DNA of 64,000 nucleotides from Camelus dromedarius (lineage: Eukaryota): positions 112,532,001-112,596,000 of the forward strand of contig NC_087437.1 in NCBI RefSeq assembly GCF_036321535.1. Reading direction: 5' to 3'. Each line of letters starts with the position of its first letter. Position 1 is the stretch's first letter. Position numbers and translations under genes: made by a program. This document shows positions 1-12,266 of this stretch, piece by piece. The notes beneath the pieces were generated by a model. The model saw only the letters and a list, made by a program, of their open reading frames with translations. It was not told the origin of the DNA and searched no databases.

Positions 1-1351
1 AAAACCTGGAAATGTGCTTTTTGATGCAAATTCTTGGGGATCTTTAAGAGATGATCTTGATTGATTCTATTTTGAGTGTATTTCTTCATATTAAAAAGTT
101 TGAATGTGAAATAGTCAAATCACTATTTGGTAACAAAGTTTTGACATGAAGTTGCAGCTCACTTGGTAAGCCTGTTGAATAAAAACTTCTATTACCTCAG
201 GAGAAAACTAGTTGTAATTACATCTAAGGTAAATTTATATTAAATATCAACATTACTATATTAAATAAATATTATTTAAATAAATAAGTTAAAAATTCTT
301 TTCAGAGTGAGATGTGAATTTAACGTAAAATATTACTAAGATTTGAAGTTTCATCCTGAGGATAAATAGTAAGGTATTTAGGTTATTTGCTTCCTTAATA
401 AAGGTTTAAAGAGGAAAATTCGAAGATTTAAAATGTCTTCAGAAGGATGAATTCACAGATAGGTATATTAATTTGTTTTCCAGTTGGAGAGAAGTAGTTT
501 TATTCTAGAAGAGTTGGTGTTTTCAGAGCCATCATAACTACATATGGCTATTTTACAGTTGGAAATTGGGGGATCAGAGCTTGGGGTGGTGGTGGGTAGG
601 TATATTTTCCCCAGGGTCTCCTCTGAGTTTCAACTTTTTAGAATAAAAACTTACTATTTATACCTAAACACCTTACCACTTAGATTTGTAGTTGGGTATG
701 AAACAAAGTAATTCTGGCAAGGTTAGTTAACAGAACTTGAGACATATTTGTTGGGCCTTCAAAAATTACATTGCTGATCTTACCTGACAGTTTTCAGAAA
801 CATCTTAAGGCAGGTGAAAGAAATTTAAAATTCTGACCTGAAATATTTGGGTTCCCATTTAAAGTCCCAGCATTGTAATAGACTGGGACTATTGTAATTA
901 GAAGTGAGAAGTGAACATACTGAATTTTTTAGTGTTTCAGTCTGGCTTTGCGTATATAAGCCCCAGAAATACTCTATAATTAGTGTGGATAATTTACAAA
1001 GTTAACTAAGAAATTAGGATCTTTTGTTAATGAGATCTGTACGCAGTCTAATAAATAATTACAGAATGAATTCAGTTTAATTTTCCTTTCATTTTAAGAA
1101 GGCAACTATATAGAAATCTGTACTTTGTGGTACCTTGTGTAAGAAAAAATTAATTTTGCTAAAGGAATATTAGATGATTCAGCAAGATAACTAAGAATGA
1201 TGGAGTGTTAAGGGATTCTGAAAATAGGAAAAGGAAGATTAGTAATCCTTATGCATCAGATCTAATTATTCTCTCAGTCATATACCCTTCTCTACTATAT
1301 AGGTCTTAAATATTTGTTTTTTTAATTACAATTTTTTAAAAAAAATTTTAA

Positions 1352-1458
1352 GGGGGAGGTAATTAAGTTTATTTATTTTTTTAATGGGGGTACTGGGGAT
1401 TGAACCCAGGACCTCATGCATGCTATATAGGCACTCTACCACTGAGCTACAGCCTCCT
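1352..1458 (-). mobile_element. tRNA-derived SINE (camelid Vic-1-like)
   Basis: On the minus strand: A box tagctcagtggtagag, B box gggttcaatccc, 3' taattacctcccc tail. Confidence 0.85.
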
Positions 1459-2665
1459 CACTAGGTTTTATTTTTAAAAGAAGTATTTCATACACGTTAC
1501 ATAAATTATAGGTAGCCTTACCTTAGCTTTCTTAGCTATTCAAAAAAAACTTTAGCTGTTAACTTATTTTACTGGCTTACTTATATTTGTCATATCTGTG
1601 CAGTACCTACTAATCATTCTTTGTATATGAATTTAGGAAAAGCTTCCCATGTCAGATAAGCATTTTCAAAAAATGAATTTTCATGGGTGAAATACTAGAA
1701 TATATTAATGGGTTAAGTCATATTAGATGAATAAACAAGTATTAGGAATTGGTGAGTTGACACATCAACCTGAGCTCTTAATGTTAGAACAGAAAACATC
1801 AAATACTTACTTGATGGTTTTTTTCCTTCTGTTGTTGATTGAGCCTTCCACAGATTTGACAAATAAGGAATTTGCTCTAAAGGTTATCCTTAAAATTATT
1901 CCTGGACATTATAAAACATCTTAAAAAGTTAAGTCACCTCTGCTTAGCATAAGCTTTTTACAGATAGAATATGAGCTTTGAAAGTGAGGACCTAAGACAT
2001 GTCAAACAATCTTAAGTGTTTCAATTTATGTTTTAAGTATGTACCCCCACAGAAATATTCTAACTTCTATCTTAAATGTACATAAGCTGAAAACAAAAAA
2101 TTCATTTATTTATATAGTGAATGTATTCTTTGAAGAAACTGAGTTCTTAAGACCAAACTGTATGAACAACTGCAGAGAGGTGAAAAGATGTGCACACGAG
2201 CAAGGGAAAGATCACTGACATGTTGGTTTTGTGCTTGCTTATTTAAGAACCTTGCTTATTGCTTCTGAAGGTTATGCTAATAAAAAGTAGGGTAAAATGA
2301 AAACTGCTAATGAGTTACAAAGTTAATAATTCAAAAAATTCTCAGTTTATTATAAATGACTGTTTTGTTAGTGAAGGCTAGAGGTTTTTCAGTTCTTCAT
2401 GGAACTTTCTGGGTTTGTAATTTGATGTGAAAAAACATGAAATCTGTCAGATTTTGGGTTGGGTTCAAGTGCTGCCTGATACTTTATAAGAATCCTTATG
2501 TATTTTCTAAGGTTATTTTATCTTTTTGAGTCTTCTCCCTACTTTACAGAATTTTGATACATAAGACTATTGTTTTTGACTTGTAGCAACTAAAGATATG
2601 AGCATTTTTCAGAATTCAGGGCGTCTACCATAATTTGAGATAATTATCTATGTTTTCTTTCTTAG

Positions 2666-2776
2666 CCTGTGGACATCTCTACAGCAATGAGTGAGCGGGC
2701 ACTTGCTCAGAAAAGACTCAGCGAGAACGCATTTGACCTTGAAGCTATGAGCATGTTAAATCGTGCTCAGGAACGG
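2666..2776 (+). CDS. SON: SON coding exon (approx. exon 7), PVDISTAMSERALAQKRLSENAFDLEAMSMLNRAQER
   Basis: ttcttag acceptor, CGG|gtatgt donor, 111 nt phase 0-0; peptide recognised as SON C-terminal region. Confidence 0.95.
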
Positions 2777-3861
2777 GTATGTGGCAGTTTGAATGTCTGA
2801 TAATTTCACTATCTAGAGGGTTGTTACATAAGCAAAGTCTGTGCCATGCTGTTGAGATGTAGAAACTTGAAAATCTAAAGAAATAAATCGTTTATCTTAA
2901 TTAGCTAGGCTTATTTTAAGTGAGAGTAATATATAGCCCCCCAAGGCTAGTCATTTAATAACTATTGTGTACCATGGGGACAGGAGCTGTTTTCTTGAGA
3001 GAATGAAAATAGGAAAAATTACCTGCCCTCAAAGAGTTTATAATCTGGTATATAAGAATAGCTAAGTGCCCATACTGGCCCTGTGAGGTGTAGGTACTAT
3101 AATGAGTTTCCATTTCCAGCTGAGGAAACAGTGTGGCTAAATGAGGCCCAAGGTCACAAAACCTAGAGTAGAGGAACTGGGATCCAAACCTAGGCAGTCT
3201 GAATCCAGAGTCTGCTTTTAACAGTGGACAGCTGCTCCATATCCCCTTCACTTTTCTGTAGTAAATATATAGAAACAGTAAGTAAATGTACAGATAGAAA
3301 ATACATTGCCTGACAATACCAGGTGTTCAGTAAATATACTTTGAATGAATGAAAGCTGATTCTTTAACGATCACAGTGTTTGGGTGACCAATTTCCTGTA
3401 AGTATTACTTTTTAAGCATATATCTTGAATTTATTATGAATTTATACTTCAAAGGTAATTAAAAATTCTGTTGTTGGCATTATTAGGATGCATTTATGAG
3501 ATGTGTAAGGAGGGCAGGAATCCTTTGCCATATGAGCAGTTTTCTATGTTTTTCATGTGTCCATGTGATATTTTGAAGAATGAGTATTATAGTTGTGCTT
3601 TTTAGTTGTTAGAGATATAAAAAAATCTCAAATTTTGTTATTAATGGGATCCAGTGAACAGTTTTTGAACTGTTGATTTGGAATGTTTAGGGAAAACAAT
3701 TTTAAATATGTACAGATTCAGTAATACTGTTTTTAAAAGTTGAATACTTAAGTCTGTTAGCCTTTTCAGGAAAGTAAACCATTTCATGTAGGGAATTAAT
3801 ACCAGTGGCATTTTAACTAGGTATGTCATTTTACTTAATTGAGGCATCTTCTTTTCTTCAG

Positions 3862-3978
3862 ATTGATGCCTGGGCTCAGCTGAACTCCATTCCTGGCCAG
3901 TTCACAGGAAGTACAGGAGTGCAGGTTCTGACACAAGAACAGTTGGCTAATACTGGTGCCCAAGCCTGGATTAAAAAG
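3862..3978 (+). CDS. SON: SON coding exon (approx. exon 8), IDAWAQLNSIPGQFTGSTGVQVLTQEQLANTGAQAWIKK
   Basis: cttcag acceptor, AAG|gtac donor, 117 nt phase 0-0. Confidence 0.95.
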
Positions 3979-4337
3979 GTACACAGCTTATGCACATACA
4001 GCAGTGTCCAAGTACAAAGTTAAAATATTTAAGAAAATGTTTAATTAAAAGTGCACCAAGAGGCCAGTGACTCTAACCAAAGTTGATGAGTAAATTTGCT
4101 ATGTGTATGTACTCCAGGATGGACACTGAAGATGGACCTGATTCATGAGACAATGGCTAATGTATAAATATGGCTCAAGAGCCACTCAGTTTATGTCCTG
4201 AGTTTATTTTTTATTGTTGTTGCTGCTGGGTTTTGTGGGGGTGGTTTTTTAAACTGTGTTTTGAATGCTAACAGGGTGTCTCAAGGTGCTGTTCAGAATA
4301 TTCCACAGTTCCTGTTGGACAACTAATGATTTCAAAG

Positions 4338-4776
4338 CAGTGGTTCTCAAATTTTTTCTCATCATGGGATACTTTATTACAGGTTTATTTTTGCTGAATC
4401 ACTGCCCCCAAGAGCCCTATGCCACCTGATTTTCCATTCCTCTATTCCTGTCCTTCTTTCCCTCTTCTTTAGTGCTTGCACCCTCCTGTGAGCTCCCTTG
4501 GCCCTTATTCCGCACTCCTGTTGTGATCTCCAGCCCCAGATCCCTATGGTTGTCAGCTGTTGGTTACAGCAAGTGGTTGGGAGGCCCCAGTATTAGTCTG
4601 CATGTGGTGATCTTGCCAGGGGACTGGAAGGCTGGGGGAGGATGGCTGAAATGTGGGGTGGGCAGTGCTGAAGGGTGGTGAATTGGGCGGGATGAGGATG
4701 GGGAATACTATCTGTGGACCACCATTTAGGCCCTGGTGGCCTCTGGTGATCCACAGGCTCAATTTGAGAACCACTG
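4338..4776. mobile_element. hAT-Charlie-type non-autonomous DNA transposon remnant
   Basis: Perfect 16-bp terminal inverted repeats cagtggttctcaaatt / aatttgagaaccactg. Confidence 0.7.
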
Positions 4777-5910
4777 ATCTCATGAAAAAACAGGATATGT
4801 TAAGACCTAAATTCAAGGGAGAGGACGGACGCCTCGTGCTGTGAAGATATAGGTACTCCTCGTTTCAGATACCTGCAGTGAGACGTGTGAACTCCACCTA
4901 CGGCTGCCTCGTTGGGGGAACCTTAGGTGGTTATGAAGGGCTTTCTGGAGAAATGTGTTCTTGGTGAAGGGATGTGGCTTGGTTGGATGGGTGATGGGGA
5001 AATTTGTTTCAGGAGTACTGACAGCATAGCAGTGCTGAAACTGGGAGGCTGCGTGGTCTAATGGATTGGAAAGGTTTCTTTATCCTGCTGTACTCCTGGC
5101 TCCTTTTGTGATTGTGGGCAAGTAATTCCTTGGAATTTCAGTCTCCAAGTGCCTTCTTACTGTCTTGTAGGATGGTGGTCAGTAATGTGAATGGGTACCT
5201 ATAGAAAACTGCCATGAGTGCCACTGAATGAGCTGAATTTCTGAAAAAGCAGATTTTTGGTTGCTTTGAACCTTTTAATCTTGTAATATTTCCCCCTCAA
5301 TTTTGATAGCATTACCTCTGGTGATCTTATTAACAAATTAATATAAAGTATATCCTCACTTTGCCTGCCGCCCCCATTTGGTGGGGGTGGAGAATAGTTA
5401 ACACTAATATGTATATAGTGAGTACACTATTAGATTGATTAAAAATATTACAACTTTTAAGTAGTTTCCTAGGAGTTGGTGTTAGAAAAAAAAATGAAAA
5501 TCTAGCAAAATATTTTAAGCTAATGAATTAGTTATGGACTAATGTTACAGTATTTAAAATATGAAAGTGATCCATAATAGTGTTTGGAAAATGGCTTTCA
5601 TCTCTTTGGGAATAGTTATAAATGTACAACTATTTCTTCAACAATTTTAATTCTTTAATACTGTTTAATGTTGAAGCTGAGTACTCCCTATCTCAGGAAG
5701 TTGGACTTGGAGCTTATTTGGGTATTTAGACATGTAATAATCAGTCATGTACATTACTTTTTAGAAACTTTAGAATGTGATTCCGTTGCCAAATGTTGGT
5801 CTTCATTTGTACACTCAAGTTCTGATGCGTAATGCTTCCAGACTTCTAAACAAAATCATGTTAACATAACTTTTACAAATTGATTCAATTGGTTCCCTGT
5901 AAACATTCCA

Positions 5911-5919
5911 TTATTATTA

Positions 5920-5983
<64 letters not shown>
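5911..5983 (+). repeat. (TTA)n microsatellite
   Basis: Direct reading. Confidence 0.95.
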
Positions 5984-6696
5984 TTCCCAGGCTTGTAGAT
6001 AGTTGACAGATTTTGAATAATTTACATCATTTAAGATGTAACTGTAATGTAAATCATCTTGGATAAATTATCAGGAGATAAAGCTGTGTTCATTCGCCCA
6101 ATTTTTAAATAATTACAGAAGAAAGCAATGCTTTCAGGAAAACTTCCTTTGTGTGTTATTGAAGCATATTTGCTGCTAATTTCAATTAAGGCAGGAACAT
6201 TTTACTTATAGAAATGAGCAAAAACATGGAAAAAGTCACTAGGCAATGTTAAATTTAACATTCATCTTCACTGTCAAACATCACAAAACTATCTACTTGT
6301 GTTCAGAAAACTTTTTCAAATGGTCATTTGGCGTTTCTTGCCTTGCTATATAGCCCAACAGCCTCTTTTTATGTTAAAAACCACATGGAATGTCAACATT
6401 CTCTATATTCCTTTTTGTTGCAGTATATTCTTAGATAAAAAGCATGAGTTTTACTAGTAAAATTTTTTAAATGGTTATTGACTCGAACCGTTATTTTCTG
6501 GAATGAAATGAGTTGGACATGATGTGATGAATATCATTTACTGTTGTAGTCTCATTAGATGAATTAGCTTTTTGGTGAACTGTGTACACACTGGTGTAAA
6601 GAAACATTTAAAGATATTAGAGAATGGAAGCAAAGTTGGAAACCTGGATTACTTGGGGATTTGTATTATACTCTGCACAGTTGCCCTTTTTTTTAG

Positions 6697-6734
6697 GAGT
6701 GTTTCCTGGAAAAGAGGGGCGGATGAACCTGGAA
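6697..6734 (+). other. SON: Candidate 38-nt stop-containing alternative exon of SON (ECFLEKRGG*)
   Basis: Long pyrimidine tract + ag acceptor, GAA|gtaagt donor, in-frame TGA at 6724-6726. Confidence 0.55.
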
Positions 6735-7477
6735 GTAAGTAAAAGTCATTCTAGGTGTGTAGCAACAAAGCAGTTGGTATCCAAGCATCAGCTAACTTTT
6801 CTCTTTATACATCAACACTGCATGGCCTGCACCAAATAAGGAACTGAACCAGGGGTATGTTTTTACCTCCACAGCTGCCTCCTTCCATCAGAGCACCTTG
6901 TTGAACTTAATGTCTAGTCACATGTCATTGGCATGTGTTCTCCCCAGCATATAATTAAAAATTTAGCTGGGAAAAAAATAAGTGTATACAGTATTACTAC
7001 TGTGTAAAAACAAGATTTAAAAGATTTAGTATTAACTCATCAGTAGAGGAAGTGATTACTATTTCCAGAGCTACCAGAATTTTTGACTCCCTCTGTTGAT
7101 AAGTTAGTAACTTTTGCTTATATTTGCTAGAGAATATAAATCTAAAATATTTAATAACAAAGGGAAATAGAACATAATTTGGAGATGTTACGTTATAAAT
7201 TTTTTTTAAATAGCCATAAAGTTCAACACAATTCAGTGATTTGTTAAATGTACATCTATGTACACTCTGCCCTTTAACAAGAGGCATCATATTTTTTTTT
7301 AACATGTGAAAATAATTGACTGTTGACCATGCTAATGTATATAGCTGTGCATCTTGTGACATTAAGTGGTTTGCTGCTTTGATGGAAATTATGGTTCAGT
7401 GGGTTGGATACAAGAGAGATGACTGTTCACAGAATAACCTGTGAACTTTCACCCCTCTGTATGGAAACTTGTTTCAG

Positions 7478-7557
7478 GGCCAAATCCTTGTAGCTGTCTT
7501 CTTGCCCCGGTCAGTGCCAGCCCTACTATTCACAACACTGCTGCTACCGAGGCCTAG
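7478..7557 (+). CDS. SON: SON 80-nt frameshifting cassette exon (GQILVAVFLPRSVPALLFTTLLLPRP, then RISS* in the next exon)
   Basis: gtttcag acceptor, TAG|gtatgt donor; peptide resembles a truncated human SON isoform C-terminus as I recall it. Confidence 0.75.
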
Positions 7558-8240
7558 GTATGTAAACATTTAAGGAGTTTTTTTAAAAGTCTTTTAACAT
7601 CCAGCTAGGTTTTAAAAGAATTCAAGTTCAGTTTGGTATAATTACAGGGTATTTTATGTGATTGTCTTCCATTTCTTACTGTGTAGATTTATTTAAGAGT
7701 TACCTTTTTGCTTCATAGGAATTTTCTAAGTAAAATATTTAAACTTGATTTATGGTAGAATGGGAAAAGAAAAACAACTTTGTTTGGTAACAGTATGCTT
7801 CCTTCAGTGTCCAAACTATTTCTAAATGATTTCTGGGCTTTATTCATTAACTAGGTACACCTGGGACAATATTATTGACTGTTTTAACATTGCCTTCTTT
7901 TTATTTTGCAAGCTAAGAAGAGATACCAGTGAACCTAAATAGTGGACGAAAACAGGAGTGTTCTGATTTTTTTTTTTTGGAGGGGGGCATGAGTGCCACT
8001 GTTTTAAAACTGTCATTCATTTGCCTTATTTGACTTTCAAAATACTGTCATGTTTATGTGAAAAAAAATTAGAACATACACACTACAGTATGTATATAAG
8101 TATAGAAGTTTTTCAATTTAATTGCTGAAACAACTATCAGATTTAGAAGTAAAATAAGATTTTCTCTTTAAAAGTTACACTGAGTTTGTAGTCAAATTCT
8201 AACTATAAAATGGGGTTATTTTACCTCTTTCTTTGGATAG

Positions 8241-8388
8241 GATCAGTTCTTAAGAGCAGCCCCAGTAACTGGAGGAATGGGAGCCGTTTTGATGAGAAAA
8301 ATGGGCTGGAGAGAAGGAGAAGGATTAGGAAAAAACAAAGAAGGAAATAAGGAACCTATTCTAGTTGATTTTAAGACAGACCGAAAAG
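8241..8388 (+). CDS. SON: SON G-patch exon, DQFLRAAPVTGGMGAVLMRKMGWREGEGLGKNKEGNKEPILVDFKTDRK
   Basis: G-patch motif (MGW..GEGLG...EG..EPI); ggatag acceptor, G|gtaagt donor, 148 nt. Confidence 0.97.
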
Positions 8389-8570
8389 GTAAGTTTTTTA
8401 AGAATGTTTATCATACCTTTAACACTTGGGCTTTCATTGCTGTCATACATTTGTTTTCTGATTTCAGTGCTCCTGAACTGGAGGCACTTTTTTTTTTTTT
8501 AAATATCCCATGTAGTATATTTAGGAGAACTTTGATACCAAATTTCGTTTTATTTTTTCCTATCTTCTCT

Positions 8571-8822
8571 TTTTATATTTATTTATTTTTGGGGGGGGGG
8601 TTAACTTCTTTTTATTGAGTTACAGCCATTTTACAATGTGTCAAATTCCAATGTAGAGCACAATTTTTCAGTTATACATGAACATATATATATATTCATT
8701 CTCACATTTTTTTTTTCGCTGTGAGCTACAAGATCTTGTATATATTTCCCTGTGCTGTACAGTATAATCTTGTTTATCTGTTCTACATTTTGAAATCCCA
8801 GTCTGTCCCTTCCCACCACCCA
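8571..8822 (-). mobile_element. 5'-truncated L1 3' end
   Basis: Typical L1 3' UTR end motif (tacagcacagggaaatatatacaagatcttgtag) on the minus strand; flanked by direct repeat tatcttctct. Confidence 0.75.
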
Positions 8823-8865
8823 TATCTTCTCTGTTTTTAGTCTGCTCATTATTTTGTTTGTTTTT

Positions 8866-8980
8866 GGGGGGGTGGGGAGATAATTAGGTTTATTTATTTT
8901 TAAAGGAGGTACTGGGGATTGAACCCAGAACCTCATGCGTGCTAAGCATGCGCTCTGCCACTGAGCTGTACCTCCTCCCT
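8866..8980 (-). mobile_element. tRNA-derived SINE (Vic-1-like)
   Basis: Same consensus as the 1352-1458 copy. Confidence 0.85.
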
Positions 8981-10524
8981 AGAGACACTTAACGATATAT
9001 GTACAGCTCCTTGTTAAGAAAACAAAAGTTTAACCCATTTCAGACACTACATAAAAAAAGATGGAAACACTAATTTGAAATTAAAAGGCAACTTTTATGT
9101 GAATATATAATTAAATTTTAAGTTTGATATGTTTAGAAAATGAAATTCCATTTTGTTGTCTTGACAGGGAGCATATGCTTGCCTTTGTTTCTAGAATTTT
9201 ATTTTATTTATTTATTTATTTATTGGATTTATTTTTTCATTTTCAGTTATTTTACCCGATATATTCTCCTTATTTCCTGTTAGAGTGCTCTTTAGTCTTC
9301 ACTTTATAAGCCCTTTTTGCATGTCCTTTTTCAAGCTTAGTAATTGAGTTCTCTATCCTGGGGCTAGAGTAGTAGACCCCCTGCTGACAACAGTGCTACC
9401 ACTTCTTGTTGCATTTCTTCCCTTGGAATAATGTCCAGTGTAGTTTCTTGGGGCTGCCAGCTCAATGTGATTTTAATAGCTTGTTTATGCCTGATTTTTA
9501 AAAACTGGAAAAATTTAAATGAATTTATTTTCCTGATCTTCGTAATTAGATCGAAAGTTAAGTTGAAGTTAATGTAATTAAATTGTCTTAATGAATTTGG
9601 AAACCAACTAGCTCTGACTGAATTACGTGTTTTAAAAATGTTTTGCATCAGAATTTCTACATTGTCATCCACATAAGAATACTGTGTTAACACAACGATT
9701 AGAATTTTATTCCAAATTGGAGGGAATTTATTATAATTCTGCTAATCAAAAATAAGCTGGAAATAACCTAAGAATCATTGTATACTATAGCATTAATTCA
9801 GATTAAGTTTGAAAAAGACATTGTACTGATTGTCACATTGTCATTATACTACTTAATACAAGTTGAATAGATTCTTTGTGTCATGAAAGGTGGTTTATTG
9901 AAAGAAAACATCTGTGGATGCACTGCATAATTCCAGGGAGTAGTCCTTTTGGAATTATGCAACGTGACCTGGGTTTAGGAAAACATAGTGGCAGAATTGA
10001 CAAATAACTAGTTGAAGAATTCCCCCTAGGATAAATGGAAAACATTGGTTTTAGATAGTAATATAGCTGAACCCCTTTGGAAAAATGAGGCTGTGAAGTC
10101 AGAAAGGGCTTGTTTGCTGGGGAAAAATTGGACCCATTTATCCATGAGAAAACTTTTCTCACTTTTTTACTTTGTTTTGGCCTAAAGTCCTTGTCCCTTG
10201 GGGAACATACTAAAGTGAGCATCTTTTTTTAAGGAATGGGAAACCTTTAGAAATCATTTGCAGATATCGACTATGTTAAACTTACAGGGAAACATCTGGA
10301 GTTAATTATGGCAATTTATGTATGTAGTCATATATTCTAGTATTTTCTGAACATTTTAATTTTATACAATTTTCTAATACTAAGACATGACTACGTATAG
10401 ATTTGTATATTGAAACAGCAAAACAAGTCAAGATTTAAACAGAAATTAAGGGTAGTGGGAGTTGAATATTTTTAAATGATGCTTTGAAATTTATTCAGTG
10501 AACATAATTTGTTTTTGTTTTAAG

Positions 10525-10596
10525 GTCTTGTTGCTGTAGGAGAAAGAGCACAAAAGAGGTCTGGGAACTTCTCGGCTGCAATGAAAGATCTGTCAG
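10525..10596 (+). CDS. SON: SON coding exon, (G)LVAVGERAQKRSGNFSAAMKDLS
   Basis: tttaag acceptor, G|gtgag donor, 72 nt phase 1-1. Confidence 0.95.
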
Positions 10597-10703
10597 GTGA
10601 GAGTGTGCTTTTGAGTTTTCTCTTGCCCCACCCTCTCCTTGAATTTATAATTTGTTGCCACAGATGTAGAAATAATTAGTAACTTTTTTTTCTTTCTCTG
10701 TAG

Positions 10704-10819
10704 GCAAACATCCTGTGTCTGCCTTGATGGAAATCTGTAATAAGAGAAGGTGGCAACCACCTGAATTTCTCTTGGTCCATGATAGTGGCCCTGATCATCG
10801 CAAACATTTTCTCTTTAGG
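10704..10819 (+). CDS. SON: SON exon encoding the N-terminal half of the dsRBD, (G)KHPVSALMEICNKRRWQPPEFLLVHDSGPDHRKHFLFR
   Basis: ctgtag acceptor, AGG|gtaaat donor; dsRBD alpha1 and SGPDH loop. Confidence 0.96.
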
Positions 10820-11317
10820 GTAAATATGAATTTCTGCATTAATTGTATACAGTTATTAATTTGATGACTTAATGTTAGAGGGTAAGGGATTAGCATTATA
10901 CGATCACAGGATTAATGTGTTATGGGTTGGGAGTATGTTTATATGTGGGTATAGTAGTGGAATTTCTAAACATTTAAATATGCTTTAATATGACCTGTTG
11001 ATATATTTTTTAAATGTTGGAGGGACAGAGGTGGGCAAAATCTGGTGAACGGTTTGTTGCCCTTTTCCAGTGGAACCCGGGGAAATAATTTAGTTTTTAT
11101 CAGGTTTTTTTCCCCCCTTCAGTTTGGAGACCTGCTCTTAATTTGCAGTCCCTTTTCTCAAATGATTTGCTTCTTTCTGGGTTGAGATTAGTTTGACTTA
11201 CATAGTATGGGGTTTTAGATTTTTATAAAGTATTTTTCTAGCATTTAGTGAAAAAAAAATACAAACCTAATAGATATTAAAGTTTGATGCTGTTCCTTGT
11301 ATGTTTTTCTTGAATAG

Positions 11318-11377
11318 GTATTGAGAAATGGAAGCCCTTACCAGCCCAATTGTATGTTTTTCTTGAATAGGTATTGA
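11318..11377 (+). CDS. SON: SON last exon, proximal acceptor: VLRNGSPYQPNCMFFLNRY*
   Basis: ttcttgaatag acceptor at 11316-11317; TGA 11375-11377. Confidence 0.9.
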   Translation, partial: VLRNGSPYQPNCMFFLNRY

Positions 11378-11529
11378 TAAATGGAAGCGCTTACCAGCCC
11401 AGCTTTGCCAGCCCTAATAAGAAGCATGCTAAAGCCACAGCAGCTACTGTGGTTCTTCAAGCAATGGGCCTTGTACCAAAGGACCTCATGGCTAATGCCA
11501 CTTGCTTCAGGAGTGCCTCACGTAGATAG
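11371..11529 (+). CDS. SON: SON last exon, distal acceptor: VLINGSAYQPSFASPNKKHAKATAATVVLQAMGLVPKDLMANATCFRSASRR*
   Basis: Identical duplicated acceptor at 11369-11370; supplies the dsRBD KKxAxxxAA alpha2 helix; TAG 11527-11529. Confidence 0.88.
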   Translation, partial: VLINGSAYQPSFASPNKKHAKATAATVVLQAMGLVPKDLMANATCFRSASRR

Positions 11530-12266
11530 ATTGAGGTTTTATATTAATCATTTCAGATAATTTTACTCTGCATCAAAATGTATTTCCTCTTTAATGTTGT
11601 AAATATTTGGCAATTTAAGACATTGTGTAAAAAGCAATCTGTACAAACATCTCCAGGCTTTGATTTTTGTACCATGGAAATTGTATTTAACCATACAGGG
11701 TTTTGGTATGTTTATATTGTTTACCTTAGTGATGTATTTGTTTAAGTGGCTAACATCCAAACGATTGTTTGAAGGCATCCGTAATCTTCAGTGTGGAATG
11801 TTAAATAACGCTTTTATACTGTATTTTGTACTATGATGTAACTCCCCTTCCTTACGGCTAGGCTGCTGTAACACTTGCCTGTAATCAGTGAAGGGCTTTG
11901 CACCTTGTACTAGTTCACAATGGGTTCTGCTGGACAGATACTGGGCCAGTGTTATTGAGGTAATCAAGCAAGATCTGTTCCACAGGGCTAATGCCACCGT
12001 GTCCCCTTTAAAATTTTGTAGAGGTTATAAAAAGAAAGTGGTTTGTTGTGTGATGATCAGCACTAAGTCCTGCGTTTCTGTCAAAGCCACCTGGGCCATG
12101 AATGAGAAGGGAGTCAAAATGAAGTCTGACTAGAATTCTGCAGAGGCCAAGTACATTTAGTATGGCATTGAGTTGTGATATAGTTTTACTTTGATGTGCA
12201 TTTTGAATTTCAGCTACACCTAGATAGACGTAAAATGATAATTAAAATGCTGTAACCAACTTATCT

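Noticed and set aside
6519..6620. GTGATGA box C-like motif suggesting an intronic C/D snoRNA
   Set aside because: No CTGA box D or terminal stem at a suitable distance.
11297..11402. The 53-bp repeat as an assembly error or CRISPR-like array
   Set aside because: Only two copies, which differ at several positions, and no spacers; both frames match SON C-termini in a eukaryotic context.
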